A stretch of 63,207 bases of DNA, counting the filler, from Choristocarpus tenellus KU-1152 (Eukaryota; Protista; Phaeophyceae), in NCBI GenBank assembly GCA_964200185.2. It is 8 parts of 8 records of this genome, joined end to end, with 100 filler letters (N's around TTAATTAATTAA, not from the genome) between each part and the next. Parts side by side here need not be neighbours in the genome. Positions count along the whole stretch, not along the records: positions 20,271 to 25,822 come from CAXNAD020010448.1; positions 25,923 to 36,654 come from CAXNAD020002754.1; positions 36,755 to 44,282 come from CAXNAD020006017.1; 5 more parts are not named here. The stretch is one strand, 5' to 3'. Each line of letters starts with the position of its first letter. Within the stretch, counting starts at the first letter, position 1. Position numbers and translations under genes: made by a program. Below, piece by piece: positions 23,831 to 37,649 of the stretch. Below the pieces are notes generated by a model. The model did no database searches. It had not been told where the DNA came from and saw only the letters and a list, made by a program, of their open reading frames with translations.

Positions 23831-26211
23831 TGCAAACCAAACCAAACAAACATCCCTGGGAAATACTTGCCTGCCCCGCATGTGACATATGGGTTGAAGC
23901 AGGGACAAGTACCCCCAACATATATGTCTCTCTCTGCAAAAGTAGAGCATTCTAGAAAGGTAGAACATATAGATTGTGTAGCTTGCTGTCGCCTGATGTA
24001 GCGCACGACAAAGGCGCTACACAGTCAGTCACCTGCTGCATCCTTGAGGCTCCTCACTGGTTGAGGAAAGAAACTACTTCATGCATGAATTTTGCTCTTT
24101 CAAACCTCGTCAACGTAAGACATATTTACATGGAAATATGATTTCGAATATCCCTAGTCCATGCGCACGTACGTGGCAAACACTGTACGCTATCAACACG
24201 TATTATACACCTGTCTATACTACCCTACTATCTTACTATCACTATACCCCACCACCAAAGCGCTGGGCCAAGAGCACAAGGTGGCAAGGCTCCGTCCAAT
24301 GCCAGGCAGCGCTCAGGCAGGTACACCACAAGTTTTTGAGGGATGAGTTGGAGCGACGAGCAGTATTATAACACCCATCACTAGCTGGACACAACACTCG
24401 AGAACCGAGGTGCAAACGAAGGAGGCACAAGAGTAGTACGACTAGAACTAACTGCACCAACAGTTACGTACTGGTACAAGAGTAGTTAGCATGAGAAGTG
24501 GCGTAGTGTGTGGTGGCTCTGACCATGGACGGTGGGTTGTGACACTTAAGGCAAACCAATTGAGAGGTAGGCAGGGTAGCATTGTAAGGACCCCAAGAAA
24601 GAGGGGAAAGATGGCATCTTGTACATTGGCAGGAAGAGCCTTTGCTTAATTCTGGTGTCGCTCTGTATGTGGAAAAGGGGAACATAATTTTGCATCAACG
24701 TTTGTACACATAAACCAATGAAATAAGTAAAATATTGCACAGAGCAAGAACGATCGCTTAGAATGCAAAAGGATCCAAACCTGCCTACCTCTTAATTTGT
24801 TTGGGTCCTTTGCAGGGGGCATGTAGAGCGAAAGGATCGTTGATACAAACAATAATAATAATAGTGACTATTCAGTGGATAATATTTCGGTTTGAAGTCC
24901 CTACATTCATGCGTTATTAAACCGCACGCATAGAAAGCAAAAACGGTGTTCCACCTCGTCATGATACACGTTGTGTAAGATATTAACGTGGTGGAAGTAG
25001 GGGTAAGAGTAGAACTAGTCCGATTTGAAAACCTCTCCCCCCCTCTCACACAACATTATTGGTACCAACCGTAACACCAAAACCTTGGGTGTAACCCAGT
25101 AAAAATATAAGGGTTTCCAGCAGAATCAAATATTAGAGGGATGTTTACAAAAGCTGTCTTACATGCTGAAAATGGCAAATAATGGCGAGTCTAACTTCGT
25201 TAACTCATTATTGAAGAAAAAAATCAAGGACCCAAATATAAACATCTATCCCACCTACCAATTTCAAGAATTTGTATCCCTTACACACGAGCCAGGCAAG
25301 GCCCTACAGAGATATTTTTAACTTGACGCGCACGCTGGTTGATCCATGTCCAGATGAAACGTGTGTTGGTATTACCTGGGTGGATGGTTAGTTGTTGTTG
25401 CATCAGTTTGGTAGGTGACTGGGGGGCTAGGCAGTCAGTTAGTTGTCGACAACTATTCCACCTTCAGGGATTGACGAAGACAGACACACTACTAGTGTTT
25501 GCCACACTGTTGTATTAAAAATACTGACTACCAGTGTGCGCAATACTACTTACTACTAAACACCCAGCATTTTAGTGTATTTTGTCTTGCCTATACCCAC
25601 AAAGTCTCTCGCGCGATTCTCGCATGGGTACGTGGCGAGGTTCTTCGTGCGCCCCCTCATACGACTGGGCAAAGAAACAAAAAGGCGTTTCCTGTTGAGG
25701 ATCATCTGTATCTTCATGTTCACATTACTTGTAGGTACCTATATCCCACCAAGCAGTATAGTGGTGCTACGAGAGATATCCAAGCCATGTCATCGATTTT
25801 CTCGTGGGTCATGACAATGTGGNNNNNNNNNNNNNNNNNNNNNNNNNNNNNNNNNNNNNNNNNNNNTTAATTAATTAANNNNNNNNNNNNNNNNNNNNNN
25901 NNNNNNNNNNNNNNNNNNNNNNATGGTGATTTACAACCTGGGTTAGCCGTGGTCGATGTGCGGTTGAGCGAGTCACAAACATAATGTTGAGCTTCAGCCC
26001 ATAGGGAGTCAGTCTTAGGGGTGGTGACATGGGGGAAAAGTAGTGGAGCTGAGGATGAAGGTATACCTTGTAGAGGTAAACCTGTCCTCCACATCCACTT
26101 CAAATATGCTTGAGATGTTATGTTATCACCGAGCATTCCCTGTACCTGATGTTTTTTCATGGATTGCTTGTGATTGTTTTCCTTGTGAAAACTTCAGTGG
26201 GCTAACCTTAG

Positions 26212-29200
26212 GTCCAAGAAGAATCAAGACAAGAAACTGGCAGTCACCATCTTCAGCTTCCCCCCTGACAAGGGAAACGTGGGGACTGCAGCCTACCTTG
26301 ATGTATTCAGCTCCATCCACTCTGTGCTCACCAAGCTGAAGAAGGAGGTATTGTGCATAAGAGGAAGTGTTTACCGTTGATAGCAGGCAATAACAGTGTG
26401 CAATTACTCAAACCAGTCAACCCAAGTCTTCAACTTTCAATGCAAATTTCTTTTATTAATGGTTCCAACAACCATCCATGGCCCACTGTTCTTGAGAAAT
26501 CTCAAATTAAGCCTGCAGCTCAGAGGCTGCTCTTGATTGGATTCCCACTTCCAATCCCACTTGCCCCCTGCCTGCCTGTCTGCCTGCCTGCCCAATAATT
26601 TCAAATCAGGGCTATGATGTGGGAGACCTGCCCAAGACAGCTCCTGAGTTGATGGAATCGATTCTGAATGACCCAGAAGCCAAGTAAGAACTGAAGACTT
26701 TTTTATTTTGAGTAAGTTTGCTTGTTCGCCCTCTGTACTTGATTATTGTTATTATTATTTTTATTACTCAGTAGTTTTTTTGTGTACCAATATCTTTTGG
26801 TATAGTGATGTACGCTGCCTCTTCTTTGATTTAATTTATCCATATCTTGCACCACAAAACACTAGTCATTATTTTACTGTTGACATCTGCTTCATTATTT
26901 TACTCAATTCTTCCAAAAAAGTGATGTCTCGAGTTGCATGTGAGAAATATATGAAGCGGCGCGCGTCTTCTGAAAAGTTAAGTTTGTAACTCCTTTGTGT
27001 TTGTTACGAAGGATTGACTCTCCAGAGATGAATGTTGCATACCGCATGTCGGTGGAGGAGTACATGGAGATGACCCCTTACGCCAAGGACCTGGAAGAGA
27101 ACTGGGGTCAGGCACCGGGACACCTAAACTCTGATGGCAAGAACCTTTTGGTGTTTGGTGCCAAGTTTGGTAACATCTTCATTGGTGTTCAACCCACCTT
27201 TGGGTATGAGGTGAGTAGTGGTGAGGACTGGGGTTGGGGTTTGTACAAATGATGAACTGTTGGTGACAAGTGTGTGTCAGACATCTGTGTATTACAGTAT
27301 CATTGACATGGGAGTTGGAATTATTAGGGAAGGGGTAGTTGCTTGGTGAGTGTACCAATGCAATAATGTAACATGTACACAATTGATGTTTTGTTTTTGT
27401 GTACTTAGAGTATCATAAGAGTTTCATAGTGAGGTTAGCCAAAAATGAATAATTTAATGTGGGGTGTGTCAGGTAACATGTTCGTTGTCCCTTACCTTAA
27501 CATGGTCATAACCCACCTACCTCAGTAATAAATATATTTTCAGTTCTACTCTGCTCAGCGCTCAGTAATAAATATATACATACATGTATATATGTAAAGG
27601 AGTTGAAGGTGATACCATAGTCGAAAGGTGATGTAGTTTGATTTGTAATCCCATATTTTGTTCTGTAAAATTTCCTTTTCTCAGGGAGATCCGATGCGCC
27701 TGCTGTTCTCCAAGTCAGCATCGCCTCACCATGGATTTGCTGCATACTACACCTACCTTGAAAAGATATTTGGTGCAGATGCTGTTTTGCACTTTGGCAC
27801 ACACGGGTCCCTCGAGTTTATGCCTGGAAAGCAGGTAACACTTGTTTTTTTTATTTTTCTGATCAGATTGTGTGCTCTTAATTTGTTGAAGAATTATTCT
27901 TTTCTTAGTGTGTAAGAACAATATCTACAAATGATAAAAAGGTCGTAGTTGCATCTGTGCATGAAAAGGATAAAAGAAGGTACCCATGGTTTCTAACTCT
28001 TGCCTTCGAACTTTTTTGAGAAAATGCTTTCCTCACCCCCCCCTCCCCTCTGCCTCTTGTCATCTCCAACTTTCAATGTCTTATTTTTATATTTTGCTAT
28101 GTTGATTGTAATTTAGGTGGGTATGTCAGGGGCGTGTTATCCGGACCGTCTTATCAACTCAATCCCCAACATCTACTACTATGCTGCAAACAACCCCTCT
28201 GAGGCTACCATCGCCAAGCGCCGCTCTTATGCAGCTACCATCTCCTACCTTACCCCTCCGGCAGAGAACGCCGGTCTCTACAAGGTAAGGAGGTTAAAGG
28301 GGTTGTGTGAACGAGACTAGTTCAGTTGTGGTTGATATTGATGTGGAAATTATGTCTATAATTTGAGAAGATAAGAAGATCATCATGTTAGTAATGCTTC
28401 GCACAGACATTTTTTGAAATTGAGATGGATGACGAGACAAAGGATACATGTAAGTGAAAAAGACATTTTTTGTTCAAATGCAGGGGCTTAAAGAGACAGG
28501 GGAGTTGATCTCCTCCTATCAAGGCCTTCGTGAGAATGAGGCAAGAGGGCCATCTATTGTGAGCGCTGTGATCGCCTCTGCAAGGGTGTGCAACCTTGAC
28601 AAGGACATCAAGGACTTGCCCCCTGATGATACTGACTGCAAGCTCATGACCCTGGAGGTGAACAGTGAACTGAGATGTGTGTTTGTGATGGTGATGTGTT
28701 TCCCTGTGATGTGATAAAATTGAAAAAAATTGAAAAAAAGAAAAGGTCTATTTATATATAATAATAAGTAATGAACAATAAGTACATAGGATGTGTCACC
28801 TTTGAACTGGTTTAAAACCCTTGAATAATTTTGTTTGAAACAAATATATATTTTTTACTGTTGTGTGTTTGTGAGTATAGGAGAGGGATAATGTTATTGG
28901 GAAGATCTACCGCCGTCTAATGGAGATAGAGTCGCGTCTGTTGCCCTGTGGTCTGCACACAGTGGGAGTACCTCCCACAGCAGAGGAGGCCATAGCGACT
29001 CTGGTGAACATTGCTTCCTTGGACCGCCCAGAGGTGAGTTGAGTAGGGGAGGTATTACGTATGATTTGATTAAGGAAAGATGAGTCGGTGAGATGGTGAG
29101 TGAGGTCTATCAGGGAGTTGATGGTAGAAGTTGGACTTGAGAATGTTGGGTATTGTTTGAAATGGTTGACAACAGTAGAGTCCTAATATCTCTATACGAC

Positions 29201-32200
29201 TGTATGCCACTTTTTTTGTTTGAGGTTTTTTGTATGTTACTGTTATTGCTGAAACTTATTTGATATTGTACATACACTATATGGAATCTCTTGTGTAATG
29301 AATAGAAGATTGCAAGTAGGGGGTGAAGTGACTTCAATCTTGTGTTCTGTTTTGTTCCTCACATCACCTTTCCCCTTGACTTTCCCAGGATGGCATCAAG
29401 TCACTCCCTCGTATTGTGGCTGAATCTATCAGTCGTGACATTGGTGAAATTTACTCAAAGGCTGACAAGGGAAACCTTGAGGATGTTGCCCTTCTTCAAC
29501 AGGTGATACTTATACACAGTACATCTTCACCCTTACCATTCTCATTCTTTTGCTCCCTGCTACCTTGATAATCTCATCTCCCACAAGGTGACACTTGTTG
29601 GTGATGGCTGGTCTTGTAGTTTATAGACTTGCATTTGGTGTGCTTTTTTTGGCAACAATTTTGTACTGCAGACTTGTTATATTTCACTGAGTTGTACACA
29701 TGTATTGGATGGATCGACCTTCATTAGTCAACTGCTTTGTTTTTTTTGCTGTTTTTTGCAGTATGAGTCTCTCGAATGGAATTTTTTTTTCTTTTTTGAT
29801 TAGAGTAAAGACCTACCCTCTGCGCTTGCATTCATTCTTGTGATGGTCAGACAACACCATACATAACACATACATGACATAAAAACTATCTGGACCAGTT
29901 ACTTGACGTGTAGTTGAATGTTCGTGATGTGATCTGATTCTGAGTTTACTTGACATTTATTACTCTCTATGCAGTAGATTTTTAGCAACAGTTGTTTTCA
30001 ATACCTGGATGCAAACATGCACTGTGATACGTACATCCATTCCAGGTGACAGAAGGCGTTCGTGCTGCAGTCCGTGCCTGTGTGGAACGATCCACCAATG
30101 GAGATGGGCGCATTGTGGAGGTCAACCCTATGATGGACTTTTTCACTAATGTCATGGGTAAGAAGAGTAGAGATATTGTTTAGAGTATATACAGCTACAG
30201 TTTAATGCACTAATGAAAACTTTATTATTGAAGGTATGTGATAGCTGTTATGGGAGGTTCATTTTAGAGCTCAGTGACTTAGGATTCGGGTTAAAACACA
30301 CACTTCATTCAAGATATGTTTTATTTAGTACATAATATGATTCATATGTGTGTTTTGTTGTTTGTCGCGTGAACAGGTGGGGGGACCCCGATGAAGCAGG
30401 CGCTGGCAGCCAATGGGTTCCCTGGTTGCAAGGATGAGGATCTTCAGCCATTATTCACATACCTTGAGTTTTGCCTCAAACAGGTGATGCCATTTATGTA
30501 TTTGTGACCAGAGGAAATTTGCATCACCTTCTTGGCTCTGAAGTACAGTGATTGTTACCCTCTCAGCTAGAGTAGAGTACAGCATTAAGGATGCACCTGT
30601 TTCTGTACTACTATGCAATGGTGTCAAGCAAGGCATCTTAAAGATAATAACTCCTCCATTCTTAAAAATGTACTGTGAGCAAGCCTGACTGGAATGACTT
30701 GAGCACCTCATTAACCATGCAACATGATTTCATTCATGCACAACATGCATTCATTCATGTACATCCATTATTCTCCCCCATAGGTTATTGCGGATAATGA
30801 GCTTGGGGGTCTTATTGGGGCACTCAATGGTGAATACATCGCACCTGGCCCTGGAGGAGACCCGATCAGAAACCCAGATGTGCTTCCCACAGGCAAAAAC
30901 ATGCATGCTCTGGACCCACAGTCCATCCCCACCAAGGCAGCTGTGGACTGTGCAACTGTGGTGGTAGATCGGTTGTTGGACCGCCTTCAGGCTGAGAATG
31001 ATGGACAGTACCCAGAGACGGTTGCCTTCACACTCTGGGGCACTGACAACATCAAGACTTACGGTGAGATGCTGTTTTGAGGTGTGTGTGTGTGTGCTTG
31101 GGGGGAGGGGGTATTGAGGCAGGCCTGGAGCGTTGAATTTGTCTTTTGCACTATCGATTGAAGGAAGTGTTGGAAAAGATAAACAGAAGGTGGTATTATT
31201 CTTAAATGTTTTTTTAGAAGTATCAATTTGTCTTGTGACCTCTAGGACGCATGTTTGAAGTAGTGAAGAGGGTAATAGTACATGTAACATCTTCTGGTTT
31301 GGTTCTACATCTATCGCTGCCCTCCTCTCCTCAACCCACACGTTAATGGAAATTTCTTGTGGTAGGTGAGTCCTTGGCTCAGGTTCTGTGCCTTTGCGGG
31401 GTTCGCCCTGTGCCTGACTCCATCGGGCGTGTCAATAAGCTGGAGCTCATCCCCCTTGAGGAACTTGGCAGACCGAGAGTGGATGTAGTGGTCTCATGCT
31501 CAGGCGTTTTCCGTGATCTGTTCATTAACCAGATGAATCTGCTGGACAGGGGGGTAAGTCAGAATATCCTTTTGCCATCTCTTCGCCCCTCATGACCTCT
31601 TTGTTTTATCCTCTTCCTACTACTGATTTGTCTTCCTAATACTGATTTGATTTATGTCTACGTGGTCACGTGAAGTTTGGGTCAAGTCACCTCTCTGTCC
31701 GCAGAACTCTTCCTTTTGTGTATATGTTCATGTTGTCACTTTAAGGTGTAATTGTGTGTGTTTTTTGTTTCTTTCTCGAATTACCCGTTTTATTCCTAGA
31801 TGACTGCAAAAAGCAACTGATAGGTAGGAAGTTGAACAAATTTTTGTAGGGTGTTTCTGTGTTGTGCTATGGTTCCACTGTGTGCCACAATGTATGTACC
31901 AATGTTTGCACTCAAGTTCTATTGTACTGAAATATCATTGCGTGTGTATTGCAGTGTGGTGATTGCAAATGTCAAGCTGTACGCTTCAAAACAACCCCTG
32001 AGTAGAAATAAAACTATAGCTTTGACAGTGAAGCCTGTTGCCCTGCCTCTCACTCTCTTTTGTGAACCCTAACCCTTAATGATTAATTGCCTTCACATTC
32101 GATCCTTCCTGTCTCTGCGTGGTACTATCTGTTTTGTTAAACATTGGGGCATCTTCTGATTCTGTCCAATGGTTTATCACAGATCAAGATGGCTGCTGAG

Positions 32201-32461
32201 GCAGATGAACCTGAAGACATGAACTTTGTACGCAAGCATGCTGTGGAGCAGGCTAATGACCTTGGCATCACCTTGCGTGATGCGGCCACACGTGTTTTCT
32301 CCAATGCTGCAGGGTGAGGTTTGGGAGTAGGTAGCTGGTGTAGACAGATGACTGTAATAATCGTTTTCTCGGACTGAAAATGACTAAAATTGAGCGATAG
32401 CATCGTCTTTCTTATGTCTTGAGTTGGAAAACCCTTGATCCATTCACTCTCAAGAAATTAT

Positions 32462-32506
<45 letters not shown>

Positions 32507-34057
32507 TGTATTATGTGGTGTGAATAGGTCATACTCAGCCAATGTTGGTCTTGCCATTGAGAACGGGGGATGGGAGGGGGAGGACCAGCTACAGCAGCAG
32601 TTTGTAAGCCGCAAGGGCTTCGCATTCAACGCAGACAAGCCAGGGATGATGGAGCAGCAGGTAGGAGGGAAGTGCATACGTTTGAAGAGATATTGCATGG
32701 GCACAGCATGTACTGTGTACAGATGAACCATTGGAAGTGGCACACACACCTCCAGGCAGACACCATGACCTATTCCACATGTCATCCGTTCACTATGCCC
32801 CCCCCTCCATGCACACGCTTACACTCTTTTTACTTTTTGTCCATTAGGAGAATCTTTTCAAGACCGCACTGAAGACTGTGGATGTTACCTTCCAAAACTT
32901 GGACTCTTCTGAGATATCCCTCACAGATGTGAGCCACTACTATGACTCAGACCCCACAAAGGTGGTTGCAGGATTGCGAGATGACAAGAGGAAGCCCATG
33001 TCGTTCATGGCGGACACTACAACAGCCAATGCACAGGTTAGGACACTGTCAGAGACTGTTCGCCTGGATGCGCGTACCAAGCTGCTCAACCCAAAGTTCT
33101 ACGAAGGTATGCTTTCCTCTGGGTATGAGGGCACACGGGAGATCACAAAGAGGCTACGGAACACTATGGGATGGTCTGCAACAGCAGGGGAGGTGAGGGT
33201 TGAATTGGGAAGGGGGTGGACAACTGGGGATGTAGCTGAAGGTGATGTGTTAACGTGTTTGTTAAATAATGTGTTTGGTGATGATATGTCGAAGGAAACT
33301 TTTTCTGAGAATGGTGAGAGTGTGCTGTGAGTATTTTGGTGTGACCATGTACTGTACACTTTTGCTTCTGAACACAGACAAGTGTCTAATCTATTGGTTA
33401 CTTTAACCTTTGTGGGGATGGTAGGGTGTGTGGATTGTTCCAAATTTGGTGATGAGTTGGCACATGCTCCTCTGCACTATGTGAGCAATTTTTCTGCTTC
33501 TACCAGCACACCACTCATTTTTGTTTTGTCTATCTTATGTCTTGAATCAGGTTGATAACTTTATTTTTGAGGATGCAAACGATGTTTTCATCAAGGATGA
33601 GGACATGCGCCAGCGTTTGATGGACCTCAACCCCAATGCCTTCAGGTAAGATTAATGTAGTGTTCTGTGTATGTGTATTTTCAGGGGTATGTCTGTGTGT
33701 GTAAATGAAGAGTGAAGGCGGGGGTGGTACTAGAATCTGTGTAGTGAGTAGTGTGGGTGGGTAACTATGGCCTTAATTGAACGCTGCATGAAGCATATAT
33801 ACATGTTGATCCTGCACATTCAATCAACTCTTGTTTATCCAATAACCTTACTAATCTTACTAACCTTACATCTCTCTTAATGTACACGTGTGAATGTGGT
33901 TCTTTCCACCTGTGATTGTTGTTTTTTTCTCTGCAGGGACACCATCACCACCTTCCTTGAGGCTAATGGAAGGGGTTACTGGGAGACTTCAGAAGAGAAC
34001 ATTGAGCTCTTGCAAGACCTCTACCAGGAGGTGGAGGACAAGATAGAGGGCGTGTAA
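26212..34057 (+). CDS. chlH: Magnesium chelatase subunit H, 5'-truncated at contig start, 17 exons visible
   Basis: Exons 26212-26347, 26610-26683, 27012-27210, 27685-27834, 28117-28284, 28484-28657, 28881-29033, 29389-29502, 30046-30157, 30377-30483, 30784-31063, 31366-31553, 32183-32313, 32528-32660, 32848-33192, 33551-33645, 33937-34057. Hallmark motifs [85 protein letters not shown], and C-terminus EVEDKIEGV*. Confidence 0.98.
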
Positions 34058-36514
34058 CTTACTGAAACTTGTTGAGTGTAGCAAGAAGTAACCCACCAAA
34101 GGAGGGGGGGGGGGGGGGGAGGGGGATATGAGAATGATGTCCTTAACTATGCAGCTGCAGAAAAGAGTTGATGACGTTTAGTCTCTGGTGGGTGAGGAAT
34201 CATAAAGACAGGTGGACAGATGTGGTAGTTACTAGGCACACAGCAGGATTTTTGGATACACGGGGGAGGCTAGGAGAAGGAGAGGAGGAGGACAGGGGTT
34301 GATGGTGTTGTGGGGTTAGTAGGTTGTGTATAAAGGTTGATGGCGTAATACTCCCCTATTCCTCGGAACACACCTATTGTGCACAACATTGTCTGGCCAA
34401 GTGTCTGTGCGTGGGGGGGGATGCAAATGCGGAAATTTATGCATTAGGTGCAAGTTGTAGAGGAAGATTACATGGAACATGAGAGGAACAAATGAAATCT
34501 GCTTTGGTGTCTTCCATAGTTTAAGCCAGGGAGAACTGACAGGGGATTAATTAGGGCAGAGGTTTGTTTTTACCATTTCTACTGCTTTGGAGCAAGGGGC
34601 TAATAGAGTTAGCATACTGTGAGATCAGCAAGGATTCTTGCTTGGTTGTTTCATGCGTTTTTGAGGGGTTTTAGTAGTGTCCTCCATGCAGAATAGTATG
34701 GTAGGGAGGAGGAGCACTGTCAAGGCCAGGTGGAGGGAGACAAAACATTGATTATTAGTGTATGTTCTTGGCATGTTTTGTCAAACGCTGGAGGATTGTG
34801 AATGGGTTTTGGTGTATACGCACTATTATTACTATTATTATTGTGAGCGTGCGTGTATCAGTTGCCATCCTGTGGTGCTTACTGGACAAAAAAATATATT
34901 ACAGCATACAAGAAAATGGGTGGAAAATCATTTTATGACCTTTGCCTGGTTTAAACAGGGCAGTGTCCTGCACATGCTGAGTGTGATCTGGTGATAATTT
35001 CTTTGTGCCTCCTTCCTTCCAAGTCAGAGGTGAGTCTCACCTTCCCTAGTTTTGGTGCCCAGAGCAGCATAATGCTGTCAAGATATGGTGGAAAGGGTTG
35101 CATCTGGGATAACAGAGTGTTTGAAATGTCTGGGATGTAGACAATAAATTGGTTTGCAAACACTGTATTGAATAAATCCTGTAATCTCAGCTCTACATCT
35201 GTAAGATCATAAATGTCACCTTTTATTCCTTTGAGTGTGAGTCATCCAGTATTTTCTCAAAATGTTTTTAAACTGCCAAACTGCAAAATTGAACTGACAA
35301 CAAATCATGGTACACTCTTTCACAGCATATAATTTCTTTTGTTGAAATGAGTTACGGACATTGGTGTGTCGGCCAATGATACATGTTCATCAAAAAGAGT
35401 GCTAAGAATTGGTGAAACCTTCCTTGTGTCCCAATAAAAGAAGGAATTGGACATACGATGAAGAGTGTGCATTCCGCACTTCACCGATCAGAACAATTAT
35501 AGTAACACGCAAAATTTGATGCAAAATACACTACCAATTGAGAAGGTAATGAAAGTGAACATGAGAACCTATGTCTGGACAAATCAGAGTGGGGGGAGGG
35601 CACCATTGGGTTCATACAATACGTCCTAGAACATTTCAATGTCAGAAATCTGTCGAAGGTCGAGTTATCCTAGATGGAGTGAAGTTTTGGCCCATTTGAA
35701 TTGCCCAAGGCATTTTTAACCTCCTGCCGGACTCCCCATTTTGATGGTGAAAATGTGCATAATAATATACTGTGTTTAGCTACTATGATGGGAGACGAGA
35801 GGCCCATTAGATGGAGGCATCACCATGGTTTTAGAGTCGAGGGACTGAAAAGACTAAAGGAAGAGTTTGCAACAGATCCCCGCAGAAATTTTGATCGGAA
35901 ACTTCTCTATCACATAATGTTTTATTGGTAGGTTGCGCTTGCGGTCGTCCCAAGCAACAGAAATGCTAGAATAGCTCCACAACGCCCACAATGATATCTG
36001 CACTCACATCTTCTTTTTTTTCCACTGCCATACCAGAGGCGTGAGAGGGTATGTATTATTGTGCGTGCATGCCCTGACCTAATTTTATTTTGGTGTTTCA
36101 AGAAATCCATCACTGACATCCCTGTATCAGGATATGTACCACCACCATCTCATCTATTTATTCTCTCATGTAAGATATGCCTCTTTCTTCGACAAATAAT
36201 GTTGATATGCAGAGCAGTTCATCAGCAGCACCAACACAACAACGACAACCTCTTGTATTTCAGAAGCATCCGTGATTATTGTGGTATTGTGTTGGTATCT
36301 TGTACTACTATTTTGAGAGCATTACTATTTTATGTACCTATCAGCAAACCTGGATAAATAAACGATTATGGTAATATTATTATTCCTCGTACTATGGTGA
36401 CTTGATCGAATATTTATGTATTTTTTGCTTCACTCTCCTTGAAAAACTACACGACAACTGTATTTGTTAGACAAGTGAACGGAGGAGTGTTTTCAGTAAT
36501 TGCTGAACCATACT

Positions 36515-36654
36515 GGCTCAAGGTATCTGGGGGGTGGGGGGTGGCTGTCCATTCGGGGTCAATTTTTTCCTGTCGCGATTTTTGTGTGATTTGGTTGCAG
36601 ACGTCGGATGGATAATGTAAATGCACTTTTCCTGATTTGGGATCAAATGGACAC
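36515..36654. mobile_element. MITE family A, truncated at contig end
   Basis: GGCTCAAGGTATCTGGGGGG...TGTCCATTCGGGG...CAAATGGACAC. Confidence 0.88.
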
Positions 36655-36754
36655 NNNNNNNNNNNNNNNNNNNNNNNNNNNNNNNNNNNNNNNNNNNNTT
36701 AATTAATTAANNNNNNNNNNNNNNNNNNNNNNNNNNNNNNNNNNNNNNNNNNNN

Positions 36755-36901
36755 GGGGGGGTCTACAGCAGGGGGTCCATTTGGGTCAAAATCAGGAAAA
36801 GTGTATTTACAGCATCCATCCGACGTATGCAACCAAATCACCCCAAAATCGCGACATTAAAAAATTGCCCCTAAATGGACAGCCGCCAGATACTTTGAAC
36901 C
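36755..36901. mobile_element. MITE family A, reverse orientation, truncated at contig start
   Basis: GTCCATTTGGGTCAAAATCAGGAAAAG...AAATGGACAGCCGCCAGATACTTTGAACC. Confidence 0.85.
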
Positions 36902-37547
36902 TCCACACAATGCAAACTAACTGGATGGTGAAAACAGTTTTGTTCATGCTCAAGAATGATCGATTGGTCGTTTCGAAATTAACACCAACTCATAGTGCCA
37001 CACCTCACCACCAGTCAACACCCACAGGGCTGTCTCGCTGCTTTCATGCCTTCCCCAGTCGGCTATTTTTAGTGGGGAGGACCTTGCCATCCCCCAAAAC
37101 CATAACCCCGCCACACCCCAAACAGGTCAAAAAAAAAAAACTTAAAACAAAAACAAACAAATCTTCCTTTCCTCCTCCGTTCTGGAGGAACACGGAGGAT
37201 GAGAGGTGAAAGTTACTCAATGGTGACTCTCCTCACACATCTTTATCGCATATCCATCCATTCACTTTGTGTCCCAGCCTGTCCTTCTCTCGTAGTCTCT
37301 TTTTGCTTGCTGATACCACTCCATGTGATATTCACTTCATTCAAAATGTTGCACTACTTGTCTACCGTGATGCCTTGAGTTTTCCTGTATGTAATAACAA
37401 AACTTGGTATCTTCGATACCTTCCCCGTGTGGAGACAGAGTCAGGCACGCGTGTTCTGATTAAACACATGTGTGTTTTCTGTCACATATGAAGTGCTCCA
37501 GTATATTGCAATGCCCACTGGCATTTTCCAGGCTGTGTCATGGAGGG

Positions 37548-37649
37548 AACTACAAGAAAATATCAACTACAAGAAAATATCAACTACAAGAAAATATCAA
37601 CTACAAGAAAATATCAACTACAAGAAAATATCAACTACAAGAAAATACC
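37548..37649. repeat. 17-bp minisatellite, 6 copies
   Basis: Unit AACTACAAGAAAATATC. Confidence 0.95.

Noticed and set aside
30751-31341. Long ORF-track entries antisense to chlH and ORFs running through MITEs or linkers
   Set aside because: Shadows of real exons or repeats, with no independent coding signal
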